Shown here in pieces: positions 1 through 12,203 of a DNA stretch of 64,000 nucleotides; the first letter of the stretch is position 1; each line of letters begins with the position of its first letter. Where the stretch lies: contig OX597817.1 in NCBI GenBank assembly GCA_951406725.2, positions 157,480,001 to 157,544,000 on the forward strand. Direction: 5' to 3'. Source of the DNA: Octopus vulgaris (Eukaryota). The notes below the pieces were generated by a model that was given only the letters and a program-made list of their open reading frames with translations, searched no databases and was not told where the DNA came from. The position numbers and the translations under genes were made by a program.

Positions 1-234
1 TCTGATCTTCTGGACATGTTATTTGTGATAGAAACGATACTGGTCTCCTATCTCATTTGCATAATGCTGTAGTTTCACAGAACCTTGTAAGTCACAGAAA
101 TAGATGTCCTGATATCTTTCATGACCATTTTTTTTCTTTTCTTTTGCCAAGTTGTCACCTTTAGTCTGCTGTGCTGTTCTTGTTTTGTTTACTAATCACA
201 GCTGTCCATCTAATGTCACAATATCTCATTACAG

Positions 235-317
235 CAACAAGCCAACAACATGGAGGTGAAATATTTCCCAGCAAAGAAATGTGTTGACGTATGCAGTGTC
301 TCCGGCGCTGGAGACTG
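235..317 (+). CDS. Penultimate coding exon of a PfkB-family kinase, probably the pseudouridine-metabolizing bifunctional protein (PsuG-PsuK fusion), kinase domain
   Basis: Acceptor cattacAG at 233-234 and donor GTGAGT at 318. Reads QQANNMEVKYFPAKKCVDVCSVSGAGD(C); SVSGAGD is the PfkB C-terminal signature with the catalytic Asp. Ends in phase 2 (TG) and joins in frame to the exon at 11825. Confidence 0.9.
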
Positions 318-353
318 GTGAGTCTCTAAGTTTTGCTACAGTTAGTCTATGTT

Positions 354-800
354 TTGAGCTGGCAGTATCGTTAGCAAGCTGGGCAAAATGCTTAGCAGCA
401 TTTCGTCTGTCATCATGTCCTGAGTTCAAATTCCACCAAGGTTGATTTTACATTTTATTCTTTCAGGGTCAATAAAATAAGTACCAGTTGAGCACTGGGG
501 TTGATGTAATTGACCTACCTATTTCTTTACTACCCACAAGGGGCTAAACATAGAGAGGACAAACAAGGGCAGACAAACGGATTAAGTCGATTATATCAAC
601 CCCAGTGCATAACTGGTACTTAATTTATCAACCCCGAAAGGATGAAAGGCAAAGTTGACCTCAGCGGAATTTGAACTCAGAATGTAACATTAGACAAAAT
701 ACTGCTAAGCATTTCGCTCGGTGTGCTAACGTTTCTGCCAGCTCGCCGCCTACCTACTTCCTCAAAGTTGCTGGCTTTGTGCCAAAATTCGAAACCATTA
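354..800. mobile_element. Older SINE-B variant (+) interrupted by a younger SINE-B copy (-, 519-750)
   Basis: tRNA-like A/B boxes (TGGCAGTATCGTTAG, GTTCAAATTCC) and a central ctttcatcctttcggggtcgataaa..agtacca domain. Apparent TSD cctaccta at 514-521 and 749-756. Confidence 0.8.
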
Positions 801-2068
801 TATGTTTTCATTTAATTTTAGTGACTCATTTTTAAGCTTTAATATTTCCAGCCACTGAGTTATAGTCAATCTAGGATACTGGGATACACCAATACTATTG
901 TATACTGTAGCATTTCCTTAAGGGAGTTCTCTACGACTACCATCTTATGTGTTTCTTGCTGTGATGTAGCTTCAACTGGGCTTTTAAGAAGTAGGATGTT
1001 TAAGTGTTGACATCTGCTCCATTCAGATCACTTATGCTTAGCAGGAGGTTATTGAAGTAATACAATCCAGTACCAGGCTATTTCCATATCTATTTCTAAT
1101 GAAGGATAGAGATACAGAGAATTTCAGTGTTTTCTGTTGTATTCACCAATAGTCAATCCTTCTGAAGTTTGTAGAGGAATCCTGTTATCTCCTTCCTCCC
1201 CACGAGCACAATATTTAAAAAAAAATTTCTTTTGGTTGCTTTGACAACTACATGCCTTTACAGACTAATGTGAAGTTAAGGAACTGTGAGCATGTAGCAA
1301 CTTTTCTGTAGAGTTTTTACCTTTGGTTCTTAACCTTGGCTGGTCCCTTTTGAACACCATTTTTCTGTTTTTGAATCCTACATGGTTTCAATTGATCTTC
1401 AGGTTCCCTTTCCTTCTCATTCTTACAAGATTAGAACAGTGACCTGGGCCAAAAGACCAACTCTCTATTGGAGTGATGAGACTTTCCTACTCTTACTGGG
1501 TACACTATTTCTGTATCTACTGGTGGTAGGGATGCTACTAATGCTACTGTTGTTGTTATTGTTGTTAAGCAACAAGACGGGTAAGGGTGATTAGGTGATG
1601 GTCTAGGGCTTAGGGGCGGGAGACCCCAGACCTTGGAAAAAAAAAAACTTTGGCCGTCTTGTTGTAGTCGAGGGCTCTTCGTTGACGCCCAACACCACTG
1701 GGAGCTGGCTCTCGAAGTCGCTGGAAATAGAGATCTCCAGGTCCAAATTCTTGGATGGCTGCTGTTGCTGATGAGAAAGTAGCTTCATTTTTCCGGCCTA
1801 TTATTGAAATGGGGTCAAATGTTTCTTTAGCAACAGACGTTTTGCTCTGTGTCCCTATGGTTTGCACATAAAGGACTTGCTACTCCTCTTTCTGTGACTG
1901 CCAATTGTACATTATTTTTTCGATTTTCCCATTTTTATTTTGAGAACAGAAAGCCCAGCATTGATTTTTGTTACATGTAGATCTTGGACTTTATTACTTG
2001 GCCCACTAGTTTGATTAATTTAAAGGTTGTCCCATTAAATATGGCATTTAGTTCTGGGATAACACTAT

Positions 2069-2328
2069 AAAATAATAAATGCACCTTTTTAAAGCCTAGT
2101 CTGGCTCATGGGCCCAGTTTCCCAGTTTCTATGGTGTATGTGTTCCCCAGGTGGACGGGATGCCAGTCCATTGCAGCGCTACTCATTTTTGCCAGCTGAG
2201 TGAACTGGAGCAGCGTGGAATGAAGTGTTTTGCTCAAGAACACAACACGTCGCTCGGTCCAGGAATCAAAACTACAATATTACGATCATGATGCTGACAC
2301 CCTAACCACTAAGCCATGCACCTCCACA
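2069..2328 (-). mobile_element. tRNA-headed CORE-type SINE (family E)
   Basis: A box TGGCTTAGTGG, CORE-like tgtgttcttgagcaaaacactt..ctccagttcactcagctg, and a 12-bp TSD ggataacactat at 2057-2068 and 2329-2340. Confidence 0.85.
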
Positions 2329-2959
2329 GGATAACACTATGCTACTCAGATAATCATTAGCATTTAGGGTTCTATCTCAGCCCTGCTCAATACTTTTTAT
2401 GAGTCACTCATGTTCGAAAAACTTCTCCATAACATCTTGTGATCAGTTAAAATTAGGGACATGGATGTAATGTCCACACCCCTGTCTTTGACTGTGACTT
2501 TCTCTCCTCCTCTCCCATCCCAATTTATGATTTTGTATGTATCACACAAGTGCTGGCTACCCCTGAATCTCTTCCTCTGTTCTCAGCACCAAGCTTACAA
2601 TTCTGACTGAAATTCTGGCTCCATCCCATGTGACCAACCTCTTGCTATATATCTGACAATTTAAAGTTCTCTTATGAGGGCATGTTGAAATAGAGTTACA
2701 TCACTGCTCCCTTTGTTGTCTCTTTGAGAAACTCCTTAAGCAAAGAGACAGTCTTTTGGGACACACCTTCCCCATTGCCCCTCTTTTTCCAAGGTCAATT
2801 TAAAGTCCAGTTCCTCCCAAATTTCAACCATACTAGCAAAGGTTTGTTGTTGTTGTTGTTTTCTTCATGTCTGTGCCATTGCTGCGGTTGTTGTAGTTAT
2901 TTACGGCAACTCTAGTCAATGCTTTTAGTCAATGCCAGTGCTTTTATTGATATAATTCG

Positions 2960-3593
2960 AGCTAGGTCATTACCAGTGCTGCTGGACTGGATCCAGTGCA
3001 GGTGGCACGTAAAAAACACCATTTGAGTGTGGCCGTTGCCTGTGCTGCCTGACTGGCCCTCATGTCGGTGGCATGTAAAAGCACCCACTCACTCTTGGAG
3101 TGGTTGGCGTTAGGAGGGGCACCCAGTTGTAGAAACTCTGCCAGATCAGATTGGAGCCTGGTGCAGCCATCTGGTTCACCAGTCCTCAGTTAAATCATCC
3201 AACCCATGCCAGCATGGAAAGCGGATGTTAAATGATGATGATGATGACGATAATGATGAATTAGTACTCATGCTGGCATCACCTAAAAGTCACCTGTGCT
3301 GGTGCCATGTAAGAAGCACTCTTGCTGATACCACGTACAAGGCATCCATGCCAGTACCATGTAAAAAACACCTGTACCAGTGCCAGGTGAGAATCACCTG
3401 TGCCGGTGTCACATAAAAAAAGCAGCCAGTACACGCTGTTAAGTACTTGGCATTAGGAAGGGCATCCAGCCATAGAAACCATACCAAAACAGACAATTGG
3501 AGCCTGGTGCAGCTTTCTGGTTGGCCAGCTCCTGTCAAACTATCCAACCCATGCCAACATGGAAAATGGATGTTAAATGATGATGATGAGGAC

Positions 3594-3632
<39 letters not shown>
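2960..3632 (+). mobile_element. Two family-C copies (5'-truncated RTE 3' UTR) ending in (GAT)n
   Basis: Both contain ggcgttaggaagggcatccag...acccatgccagcatggaaa..gatgttaaatgatgatg, matching 15482-16096. Confidence 0.8.
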
Positions 3633-3633
<1 letters not shown>

Positions 3634-4075
3634 TTATTGCATTCAGTGTTTCTCAGTCTTTTTTACCAAAGCAATTCTTTATTTTTTTTGGTTCAAATAA
3701 AATTTCTCTTTTATGTGTGGAGAAAAGGGCTTTTGTTTACATTCCTCACTCTATGCAAAGCTGGTGAAACTATTGTGGGAATCTCTTCCACTGACACCAT
3801 CAAAGGTATTTGTTTAGAAAAAAAAAAAGAGCAATTTTAAATGGTATTCCAGTGAGAAATTTCAATAAATCCAAAACAATTTTTTTCTAATCCTATTCCA
3901 CTTCAAATTGGGTCAGAAAACATGAAATTAAGCACAAAATTTCATTCAAAATATTTTACAGTAAAATCATTGATCCTGGCAGGATTTAAACTCAAAATAT
4001 AGTCAAAACTAAACCTTTTAAGCAATTTATTCAATACTCTAATGATTCTGCCATTTCTCCACCTTAAAAATAATG

Positions 4076-4121
<46 letters not shown>

Positions 4122-4159
4122 CTATAATAATAATAATAGTAATAATAGTAATAATAATA

Positions 4160-4625
4160 AAAGATGGGCTACAGCAAATATTCTGCTCAAAAACACAGAT
4201 TTGCTTGTCAGTTGTTTGACCTTAACCAGTTGAGCATGTCCCTTGGTGGCTGATGATATGTGCATCTCTGATCACGAGCAGAAGTAGTGGGGGAGCATCA
4301 TAGCCATGTGTTGAGAGGGATTCTTTGGGGTTTGAATAATTCACCTCTGGAAACATGGGTGTTTCATTCAACATCCTTAAACAACCCTTATACAGGGACC
4401 TTTTGAGTGGGATGGGCTACTCGACCAGAAGAAAATTCTAACTGGGCACCACCTGCAAGGTCATGCGCTGTTTATCTTGACATGAGATCACCATGTTGTG
4501 CACATATGGTTGTGATGCATGTGCCTGGTGTACCCTTATCAGACGGGTAGTCATGATGGGTATATACTGGGCTTCGTATATTTTACCTCAGTGTCACTTT
4601 AATGGCATGCACTGCTCTCTCACTC

Positions 4626-4628
<3 letters not shown>
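4160..4628 (+). mobile_element. Unclassified non-coding repeat embedded in (TAA)n, possibly the 3' end of a TAA-targeting non-LTR element
   Basis: About 470 bp of higher-GC sequence with long (AAT)n tracts on both sides; no ORF and no tRNA head. Confidence 0.4.
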
Positions 4629-4687
<59 letters not shown>

Positions 4688-5451
4688 TAATAATAATAAT
4701 AATAATAATAATAATAGTTTTTAATTTTGCCACAAGGCTAGCATTTTCAGGAAAGGAGCTAAGTTGATTACATCAGCCCCAGTGTTCAACTGGTACTTAT
4801 TTTATCAACCTTGAAAGGACAAAAGGCAAAGTCTACCTTGGCAGAATTTGAGCTCAGAATGTAAAGACGGATGAAATGCCATTGAGCATTTCGCCTGGTG
4901 TGATAACAATTCTGCCAGCTCACTACCTTTTAAATAATATTGGTGATGTAACATACACACAACAAGCTTTTTTTTATGTAACAAATCCTGTCACAAGGCT
5001 TTGGTCAGGTCAGCCTAGAACTATAGCAGAAGACACTTGCTCAAAGTGCTATGCAGTGGGACTGAAACTGAGACCGTTTGGTTGGAAAGAAAGCTTCTTA
5101 ACCACACAGCCATGCCTGTGCATTATCTGAAATTTCTAATTAGTGCAAGTCTTGATTTAAAATTGTGGAATTAGTAATTTATCCCTAGTTATCTGACTCC
5201 TTGAAGGAAGCCTTGCAAATTAACGAAGCTGCAATAGTTTATTATTGGAGTTGCTAACAGAACTGTCGTCAAGAAGTATTTTCAATGAAATATTGATTTC
5301 TGTGAATCAAGTGTGAAACTTGATAGAATAATAAATAATGTCAACAGTAGTAATCTTTATCTTCTATGCGTTTCAGTGGACTGTGGCCATGCTGGAGCAC
5401 TGCCTTGAAGGATTTAGTCAAATAAATCAACTACAGTGCTTATATATATAT

Positions 5452-5780
5452 CATCATCATCGTTTAACGTCCATTTTCCATGCTAGCATGAGTTGGACGG
5501 TTCGACCAGGGTCTGGGAAGCCAGGAGGCTGCACCAGGCTCCAGTCTGATCTGGCAGTGCTTCTACAGCTGGATGCCCTTCCTAACACAAACCACTCCAT
5601 GAGTGTAATGGGTGCTTTTTACGTGCCACCGGCACAGGTGCCAGGCGAAGCTGGCAATGGCCATGATCAGTTGATGCTTTTTACGTGCCCCCGGCACGGA
5701 AGCCAGTGAAAAGCGGTGCTGGCATCAGCCACATTTGGATGGTGCTTTTTACATGCCACCGGCACAGGGATCACAACTAC
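5452..5780 (-). mobile_element. Family-C copy (RTE 3' UTR derivative)
   Basis: (CAT)n-cgtttaacgtcc..ccatgctagcatg.., the reverse complement of the 15.5-16.1 kb tail. Confidence 0.85.
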
Positions 5781-6468
5781 AATATATATTCTTTAACTCT
5801 GGTACTACAGAGCTACAGGAATGTAAACAAACCAACACCTGTTGCCAAGTGGTGATGGTAGGGGTGACAATGCAAACACAGAAACATACACACATACAAT
5901 GATAAGTTTCCACAGAGTTTCCATTTAACAAATTCATTCGCCAGGCATTTGCTGGCCTAGGGCTACAGGAGTAGATACTTGCCCATGGTGCAGTGCAGTG
6001 GGACTGAACCCTGAACCACATGGTTGAAAAGTGTGCTTCTTAACCACCCAGTTGTGCCTGCACCAGTGCAATGTTACAGTTATCTACATTCAGTTATCTA
6101 CATTACAGTTATCTACATTCAATACGATGCATTGTGTTCTTGAGCAAAACACTTCATTTCACATTGCGTAACACTGGCCACATTACTTCTGTGAGGCCCA
6201 ACACTCAAAAGGTGCTTTTTACATGCCACCAAGCATTGAGACCCAAGGAGGCAATGTGGCTGATGCCAGTGTCACATAACTAGAATCTGTGCTCACCAAA
6301 TCCACTCAGCCACTCACAAGGCTTTTGTCAGCCCACTACTGTAGTTGAAGACACTTGCCTGAGGTTTCATGCCATAGGATTGAACCCAAAAGCTATGTGG
6401 TTAAGAAGAAATGTTCTAAAGCACACAGCCATGCCTGTACCTATAAATGTTATTGCTAATAAATAACA

Positions 6469-6860
6469 CTAAAGAAAGCTGACCAGAACAGAATTAATGC
6501 ATTCGAGCTTTGGTGTTGGAGAGGACTTTTACGGATTCCATGGACAGCAAGGCTCACCAATGGAGAAGTTCTTAACCAGATCAAGCCGAAACTGTCGCTA
6601 GAAGCTAGGATCACCAAGCATAGATTGGCATATTTTGGTCATATTATACGGAGAAAATCCCTGGAGAAAGACATCATGCTCGGAATGGTCAGTGGCAAGA
6701 GGAAGAAGCCGACCAAGAACCTGCTGGCTTGACACCATCAAGAGTGACATGGGAATGGCCATAGCCAATCTGAAAGAAGTGACCCAGGATAGAACTGGCT
6801 GGAGAACACTGATCCATCGAGTAACCGAGAGTCGACTTTGACTGAGCGGATAGATAGATA
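6469..6860 (+). mobile_element. RTE (BovB-like) LINE 3' end, frameshifted
   Basis: Reads LKKADQNRINAFELWCWRGLLRIPWTARLTNGEVL..RLAYFGHIIRRKSLEKDIMLG..RGRSRPRTCWLDTIK..QDRTGWRTLIHRVTESR, then an (ATAG)n tail. Confidence 0.9.
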
Positions 6861-7323
6861 ATAAATATTTTCAAGATGGAGGTTAGTCATCTGTTTTGTT
6901 GTTTAGTAATGATGTCTTACATAGGCACAATTTACAGGGGAAGGGATGTAGTCGAATGAATTGATGGTGATGTCTTTGTCTCTGTGTCTTCCACCATACT
7001 CCACCCTCTTTGCCAAATTGTTGTTCCAGTTTCTGTTTTTTTGTTTCTTGACCTAAATAATCTTTTGTCTCTGTCATTCTCCTTATGTTACAAATTAGCA
7101 ACAGACTGGATTATTTCTCAGCATAGGCAAAGGCGTGGCTGTGTGGTTAAGAAGCTTGCTTTGTAACCATGTGGTCTTGGGTTCAATTATACTGTGCAGC
7201 ATCTTGGACAAGTGTCTTCTGCTGTAACTCCAGTCCAATCAGACCCTTATGAGTGAATTCGGTAGACAGAAACTGAAGAAGATTACTGCATGTGCGCACA
7301 CGCACACACACACACACACACAG

Positions 7324-8203
7324 AGGCACTCAGATGGTTATGACAATGATGGTTCCAGTTGTTGATCCGATCAATGAAACATCCTGCTCGTGTAATTAAC
7401 ATTCAAGCGGCTGAGCACTCCACAAACATGCATGCCCTTGATGTATTGGATTGTCCGCTAAGTTCATGCTGATTTTCAAAGGAAAGAAAAAGGTCAATAA
7501 ATACTTGCCATTACATTTTTAATCAACCAAATATAAACCATTTTGTTGCACAATGCATCTCCATCTTTCCTTTGACTTGAAAATACCCTCTTCCCACAAT
7601 TGAGGCGGTTTCATGGCAAAGAATTCATCAAGGTATCTTATGCCATCCAAGGAATTGAAATTTTTACCATAGAGACCTGAATAAGTGGAAATCCAAAGGA
7701 GCAATATCTGGTGAATATGAAGGGTGGGGTAACACATCCCAGCCAAGCTGCAGCAATTTTTGTCTGGTTCCCTAAGCATCAAGTGCCGAAAATGAACTTT
7801 CTTATCTTCTATTTTAAAGGGTTACAGAATTAACACAGGTTATAGGAACATAAACCTTCTTCCACGAAAAGATATCTTAAACTGTACTCTAAATGGAGGT
7901 GTAGTCAAATCCTATTTTATGGACTCAACCATGTTCTAAAATAAGTCGAAATGTAAGCTACTATAAATCGGCACAAACTTTCCGGACAACCCAATAGTTC
8001 TCAGGGAGATTCATCGTAACACAGAATGGGACAAAGCTGGCCCTTTGAAATACAGGCTCTACTCCTTTTTGCCAGCTGAGTGGACTGGAGCAATGTGAAG
8101 TAAAGTGTCTTGCTCAAGGACACAACATGCTGCTGGGAATCAAACTCATGACCTTACAATCATGGGCCAAATACCTTAACCACTAAGCCAAGCACCTTCG
8201 CAC
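7324..8203 (-). mobile_element. SINE family G (CORE head plus family-D tail) split by a mariner insertion
   Basis: The halves rejoin as cccttgatgTA|gttctcagggagattc and match the uninterrupted copy at 41410-41740. Confidence 0.8.
7446..7994 (-). mobile_element. Internally deleted mariner (C-terminal-retaining derivative)
   Basis: TIRs ttggattgtccgctaagtt / aactttccggacaacccaa, TA TSD at 7444-7445 and 7995-7996, and a transposase remnant (..KRYLDEFFAMKPPQ..WRCIVQQNG). Confidence 0.92.
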
Positions 8204-8217
8204 ATATATACATTTAT

Positions 8218-8457
8218 GGTGGCATGTAAAAAGCACCAACCAATCGTGGCCACTACCTGCCTCTCCTGGCACGTAAAAAGCACCCACTACACTCATGGAG
8301 TGGTTGGTGTTAGGAAGGGCATCCAGCTGTAGAAACACTGCCAGATCAGACTGGAGCCTGGTGCAGCCTCCTGGCTTCCCAGACCCCAGTTGAACCGTCC
8401 AACCTATGCTAGCATGGAGAACGGACGTTAAACGATGATGATGATGATGACGATGAT
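8218..8457 (+). mobile_element. Family-C copy
   Basis: Matches the RTE 3' UTR and ends in (GAT)n. Confidence 0.85.
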
Positions 8458-9093
8458 ATGAGTGGACAAATGAAAGAAAGTAGATCTCAGCACATTTAAT
8501 AGGAGTTACATATATAATTTAATAACAGTCTGGCTCAGTTCTATACTAGTTAAATTTTCATAGGCTTATAGAATGGTTAATTCTATGACCTACAAAACTT
8601 TAAGTTGCTTGGAGCTGAGTTAGACTGTTATTAAATCATATATTTGTGTATTTATGCTGTGTTTGCCCCCCCCATCACTGCTTGACAACTGGTTTTGGTT
8701 TGTTTACATACCTGTAACTTAGCAGTTTGGCAAAAGAGACCAATGAAACGAGTACTTTTAAATAAGTACTAGAGTCAATTTGTTCAACTAGATCTTTCAA
8801 GTGTGTGCCCCAGCATGACCAAAGTACAGTGACTGAAACAAATAAAAGATAAAAATAAAATGATAAAAGAAAGATTAAATTTGGGTTCATTAAAATTTCT
8901 TAGCTGAAGGTTGTTATTCCAAGTCTCAGAATAACAAGGGAAATATTTTCTGATCAAATCTCAATCTCAGTTATAACAACATTAGAAGGATAATCAAAAT
9001 AAAAATGTAAATATAAAAATATATACAACATTCACTAAAGATTTTCAGACTGTTTCTGTTTGCACGATTGTTAACCTTTTAGCATTCAGATTA

Positions 9094-10040
9094 CCATAAA
9101 TCCTCGAGTATAGTCCACCCTTAAGTATAATATGCAGGGAATTTTTAGGGGGTTGTACCTCTGAAAAAATTAAACCTTGTGTATAATACATACCCCTTCT
9201 CTAACTTGAGTCAAGGAGGTCTATATAACATCCTTGGTTTGTAAAAATGTTTATGGTAACGTCCTTTATTATTGCCTTCTTGCCTTCTTTATCTTTGGTA
9301 TCTGTTTAATTTCACCTTTATTTCTTCTCCATAACCTGACATTACTTTCATCAACATCAAATTTTCTTCCGGCAGCCCTATTACCATGCTCTTCAGCATA
9401 TGATATAACTTCAAGTTTAAACATAGCTGAATAAGATCTACGAGGCATTTTATGGGCATGTAATGTATAAAATGTTTTATTGGAGATTAATGTACAGGTT
9501 TAAGTCCCACTTATAAAATACCCTAGTAAAGACCCACAGTAGTTCAAACATTTAATAGTGGTATTTAATTAATGATGCAAACTGCCAATACAAACAGCAG
9601 GATGAACTATTTAGCACTAAACTATTAAGCACAATTCGTGCATAATTAAACCAGCAGAACCTAGTCAAACAAACACTTGTGCACATGCGTAATACAACAA
9701 TGGTGATGTTCTTAACTGTTATATGGGAATGTAAATATGTTTGCAAATTGTTTTTGTTACATATTATTCTGTGTTCTGAATACTTTTATTTTAATAAATG
9801 TTGCTTACTGCAAGTTATGGATGATTCTTTTATGACTTCATTGCTTTCAGGCTTAGCTTAAGGTATTCTCGTGCCCGATATCACAAAATGCGTCTGAATA
9901 AACATTGCCGGACTGCAAATAGAGACTTGGACATTGCTTAGAAAATATTTTTCCTTTTTAACCTCGTATATAGTACACACTAGGGATTTTGACTTTTAAA
10001 TTTTGGGAAAAAAGTGCGGATTATACTCGAGCATTTATGG
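9094..10040 (-). mobile_element. Non-autonomous pogo/Tc2-like element
   Basis: TIRs ccataaatcctcgagtata / tatactcgagcatttatgg and a TA TSD at 9092-9093 and 10041-10042. Confidence 0.88.
9269..9448 (-). pseudogene. 59-aa Brinker-type DNA-binding domain remnant of the pogo transposase
   Basis: MPRRSYSAMFKLEVISYAEEHGNRAAGRKFDVDESNVRLWRRNKGEIKQIPKIKKARRQ*. It falls just below the ORF-track length cutoff. Confidence 0.8.
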
Positions 10041-10441
10041 TATTCATTCACATTGTTTTTCATTGTTATTCATTCACATCAATTATGCATTATCTTGTAG
10101 CTTTGAAATTTCGATGATGTGGCTGTATAGTTTTAGAATGACATTGCAGGGTAGGTGTGATAGGTTGGATCTGGCTGGTGTGAACATAAAACAGGTAATA
10201 TATTTGGGCTGGATATGGCTGGTTTAAATGCTAAAGGCTTAAACAAAGTCACCTGTATTGCTGTTCAGCACCAGGTCATCTCTTATCCTGTTGACATGTG
10301 ATTAAACATGTTCCAGCTATGACCATCCTGTCTTTTATTCAGACATAGTATATGCAGTATCACATTATCTAGTGTATCCCTTATTTTTTGAAGGTTGTGA
10401 TATAAGGATGATGCATGTTATTTCTATCAAGTTAAGTAATT

Positions 10442-10858
10442 TAGGCATTAGAGTGGCTGTGTGGTAAGTAGCTTGCTTACCAACCACATGGTTCTGGGTT
10501 CAGTCCCACTGTGTGGTACCTTGGGCAAGTGTCTTCTACTATAGCCTCGGGTCGACCAAAGCCTTGTGATTGGATTTGATAGACAGAAACTGAAAAGAAG
10601 CCTGTCGTATATATGTATATATATATATATATATATGTGTGTGTTTGTGTGTCTGTGTTTGTCTGCCCAACATCGCTTGACAATCGATACTGGAGATTTT
10701 ACGTCCCTGTAACTTAGCAGTTCGGCATAAGAAACCGATAGAATAAGTATTAGGCTTCCAAAGAATAAGTCCTGGGGTTGATTTGCTCGACTAAAGGGGG
10801 TGCTCCAGCATAGCCGCAGTCAAATGACTGAAACAAGTAAAAGAGAGTAAAAGAGTAA
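10442..10858 (+). mobile_element. SINE family A, full length (tRNA head, internal TA/TG microsatellite, (GAGTAAAA)n tail)
   Basis: A box TGGCTGTGTGG and B box GGTTCAGTCCC. Near-identical copies at 14005-14407, 19405-19815 and 34707-35131 (+) and at 27711-28158, 41804-42187, 43544-43930 and 60225-60647 (-), plus many fragments. Confidence 0.92.
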
Positions 10859-10995
10859 CCACACAGAAGCTCCTTCAGCTTATGGTAGAGTGCCTTGTTA
10901 CTTATGGTAGGACAGCAAATAGACTCATCAACAAAGAAGACACAAATTCTATTCTCATCAGGCTGTCATGTCTTTCCCCCTTTGATATATACTTT

Positions 10996-11276
10996 AAGGT
11001 GCATGGCTTAGTGGTTAAACGTGTTGCATTCATGATTGTGAGACACTGCTTTTGATTTCCAGACAGGCTGTGCATTGTGTTCTTAAGCAAAACACTTCAC
11101 TTCACATTGTAAATGAGTAACCCTGCGATGGAGTGGCCTTCCAATCAGAAGGAATGTTGGCTTGCTCACTTAACCAGCGGGGTGACATCATTCGAAAGCT
11201 AAACAATGTAAAGTGCATTGTGATCAGCAATGTATAACAACATCTGATAGTCTGGTTGATCACGTAATCATGTGAT
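10996..11276 (+). mobile_element. CORE-head SINE with a different tail
   Basis: ggtgcatggcttagtggtt head and a CORE remnant; the tail resembles the minus-strand relic at about 41085-41365. Confidence 0.6.
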
Positions 11277-11511
11277 ATACTCTATACATCAGCACAAGAC
11301 TATAAGTAAATGTTTTTAATTATATTTTATTTAAATCCAAAGCAATGCAATATATAAAAATAAAACAGGTTGATAGTCTTACCTGGTATTTCAACATTCC
11401 AAGGTTAGGGACCTTTTCTCAAGAAACCTTTGGAGGAAAGTAAATTCATTTGTTATTTGATCTTTATTTGTCTGTCATTTATAAGAAATAAAATCTAAAA
11501 TTTTATTGATT

Positions 11512-11781
11512 TTGCAGCGTGGAAGGTGTTTATAAACCATTTAAGAAACACACAAAAACCGTTAGAGTCACTTCAACATTTAAATTTAATTTGTCAAAAT
11601 ATTTTCGCCGCTTTTAATTTGTCAAAAATATTTTGACAAATTAAATTTAAACGTTGAAGTGAATCTAACGGTCTTTGTGTGTTTCTTAAATGGCTTATAA
11701 ACACCTTTCATGCTGCAATTGTTTTCGTTCCAGCACACGATCTCAGATCAGGTCACTTGCTATGCAAGTACATCTCCGTAA
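11512..11781. mobile_element. Fold-back insertion with 94-bp inverted arms plus tail, PLE-like architecture
   Basis: Arms at 11512-11605 and 11625-11718, and a 13-bp TSD tttattgattttg at 11502-11514 and 11782-11794. Confidence 0.7.
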
Positions 11782-11824
11782 TTTATTGATTTTGATTTTC
11801 CATTTCTCTTTTCCTCATTCACAG

Positions 11825-11978
11825 CTTTGCTGCTTCAATGATTGCCGGAATTGTGGAAGGTTATGATCTCGACACATGTGTTCAATCAGGTTTAGAGTTG
11901 GCCACACTCTCTCTCCAGTCCATGCAACCCGTACCAATGACAATAAATTCAAGGAAAACAACTGGAATCAAATTATGA
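11825..11978 (+). CDS. Terminal coding exon of the same PfkB / pseudouridine kinase-type gene
   Basis: Polypyrimidine tract plus cacAG (11823-11824). The first base C completes TG|C. Reads FAASMIAGIVEGYDLDTCVQSGLELATLSLQSMQPVPMTINSRKTTGIKL*, giving GAGDCFAA..G as expected after the PfkB anion-hole motif. The pseudouridine-protein assignment rests on recalled similarity, not a search. Confidence 0.88.
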
Positions 11979-12203
11979 ATGCATCAATCTATTTTATTTC
12001 TATAAATGATAGAATTTACAGAGCATTTGAACTTTATATTTTGCAGTATTTCTTTACATTCTGAAATCAATCCCTACTGATTATTTGGACTTTATCATTC
12101 ATCTTTCTGGACTCAGTAAAATATATACCTGTAAAATATTTCTTGAGTAGATGCATAAAACAATGACAAAGAATACAAGCTTAAGACCAGTTCAAATATG
12201 TTT

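Larger units (their letters stand above)
9075..10238. mobile_element. piggyBac-type MITE hosting a pogo element
   Basis: TTAA at 9071-9074 and 10239-10242, with TIR-like ends ccttttagcatt / aatgctaaaggc. An uninterrupted copy lies at 26343-26561. Confidence 0.8.

Noticed and set aside
900-2830. Higher-complexity sequence with short minus-strand ORFs (1603-1867)
   Set aside because: Many stops and no recognisable motif; perhaps a decayed retroelement, but not supportable.
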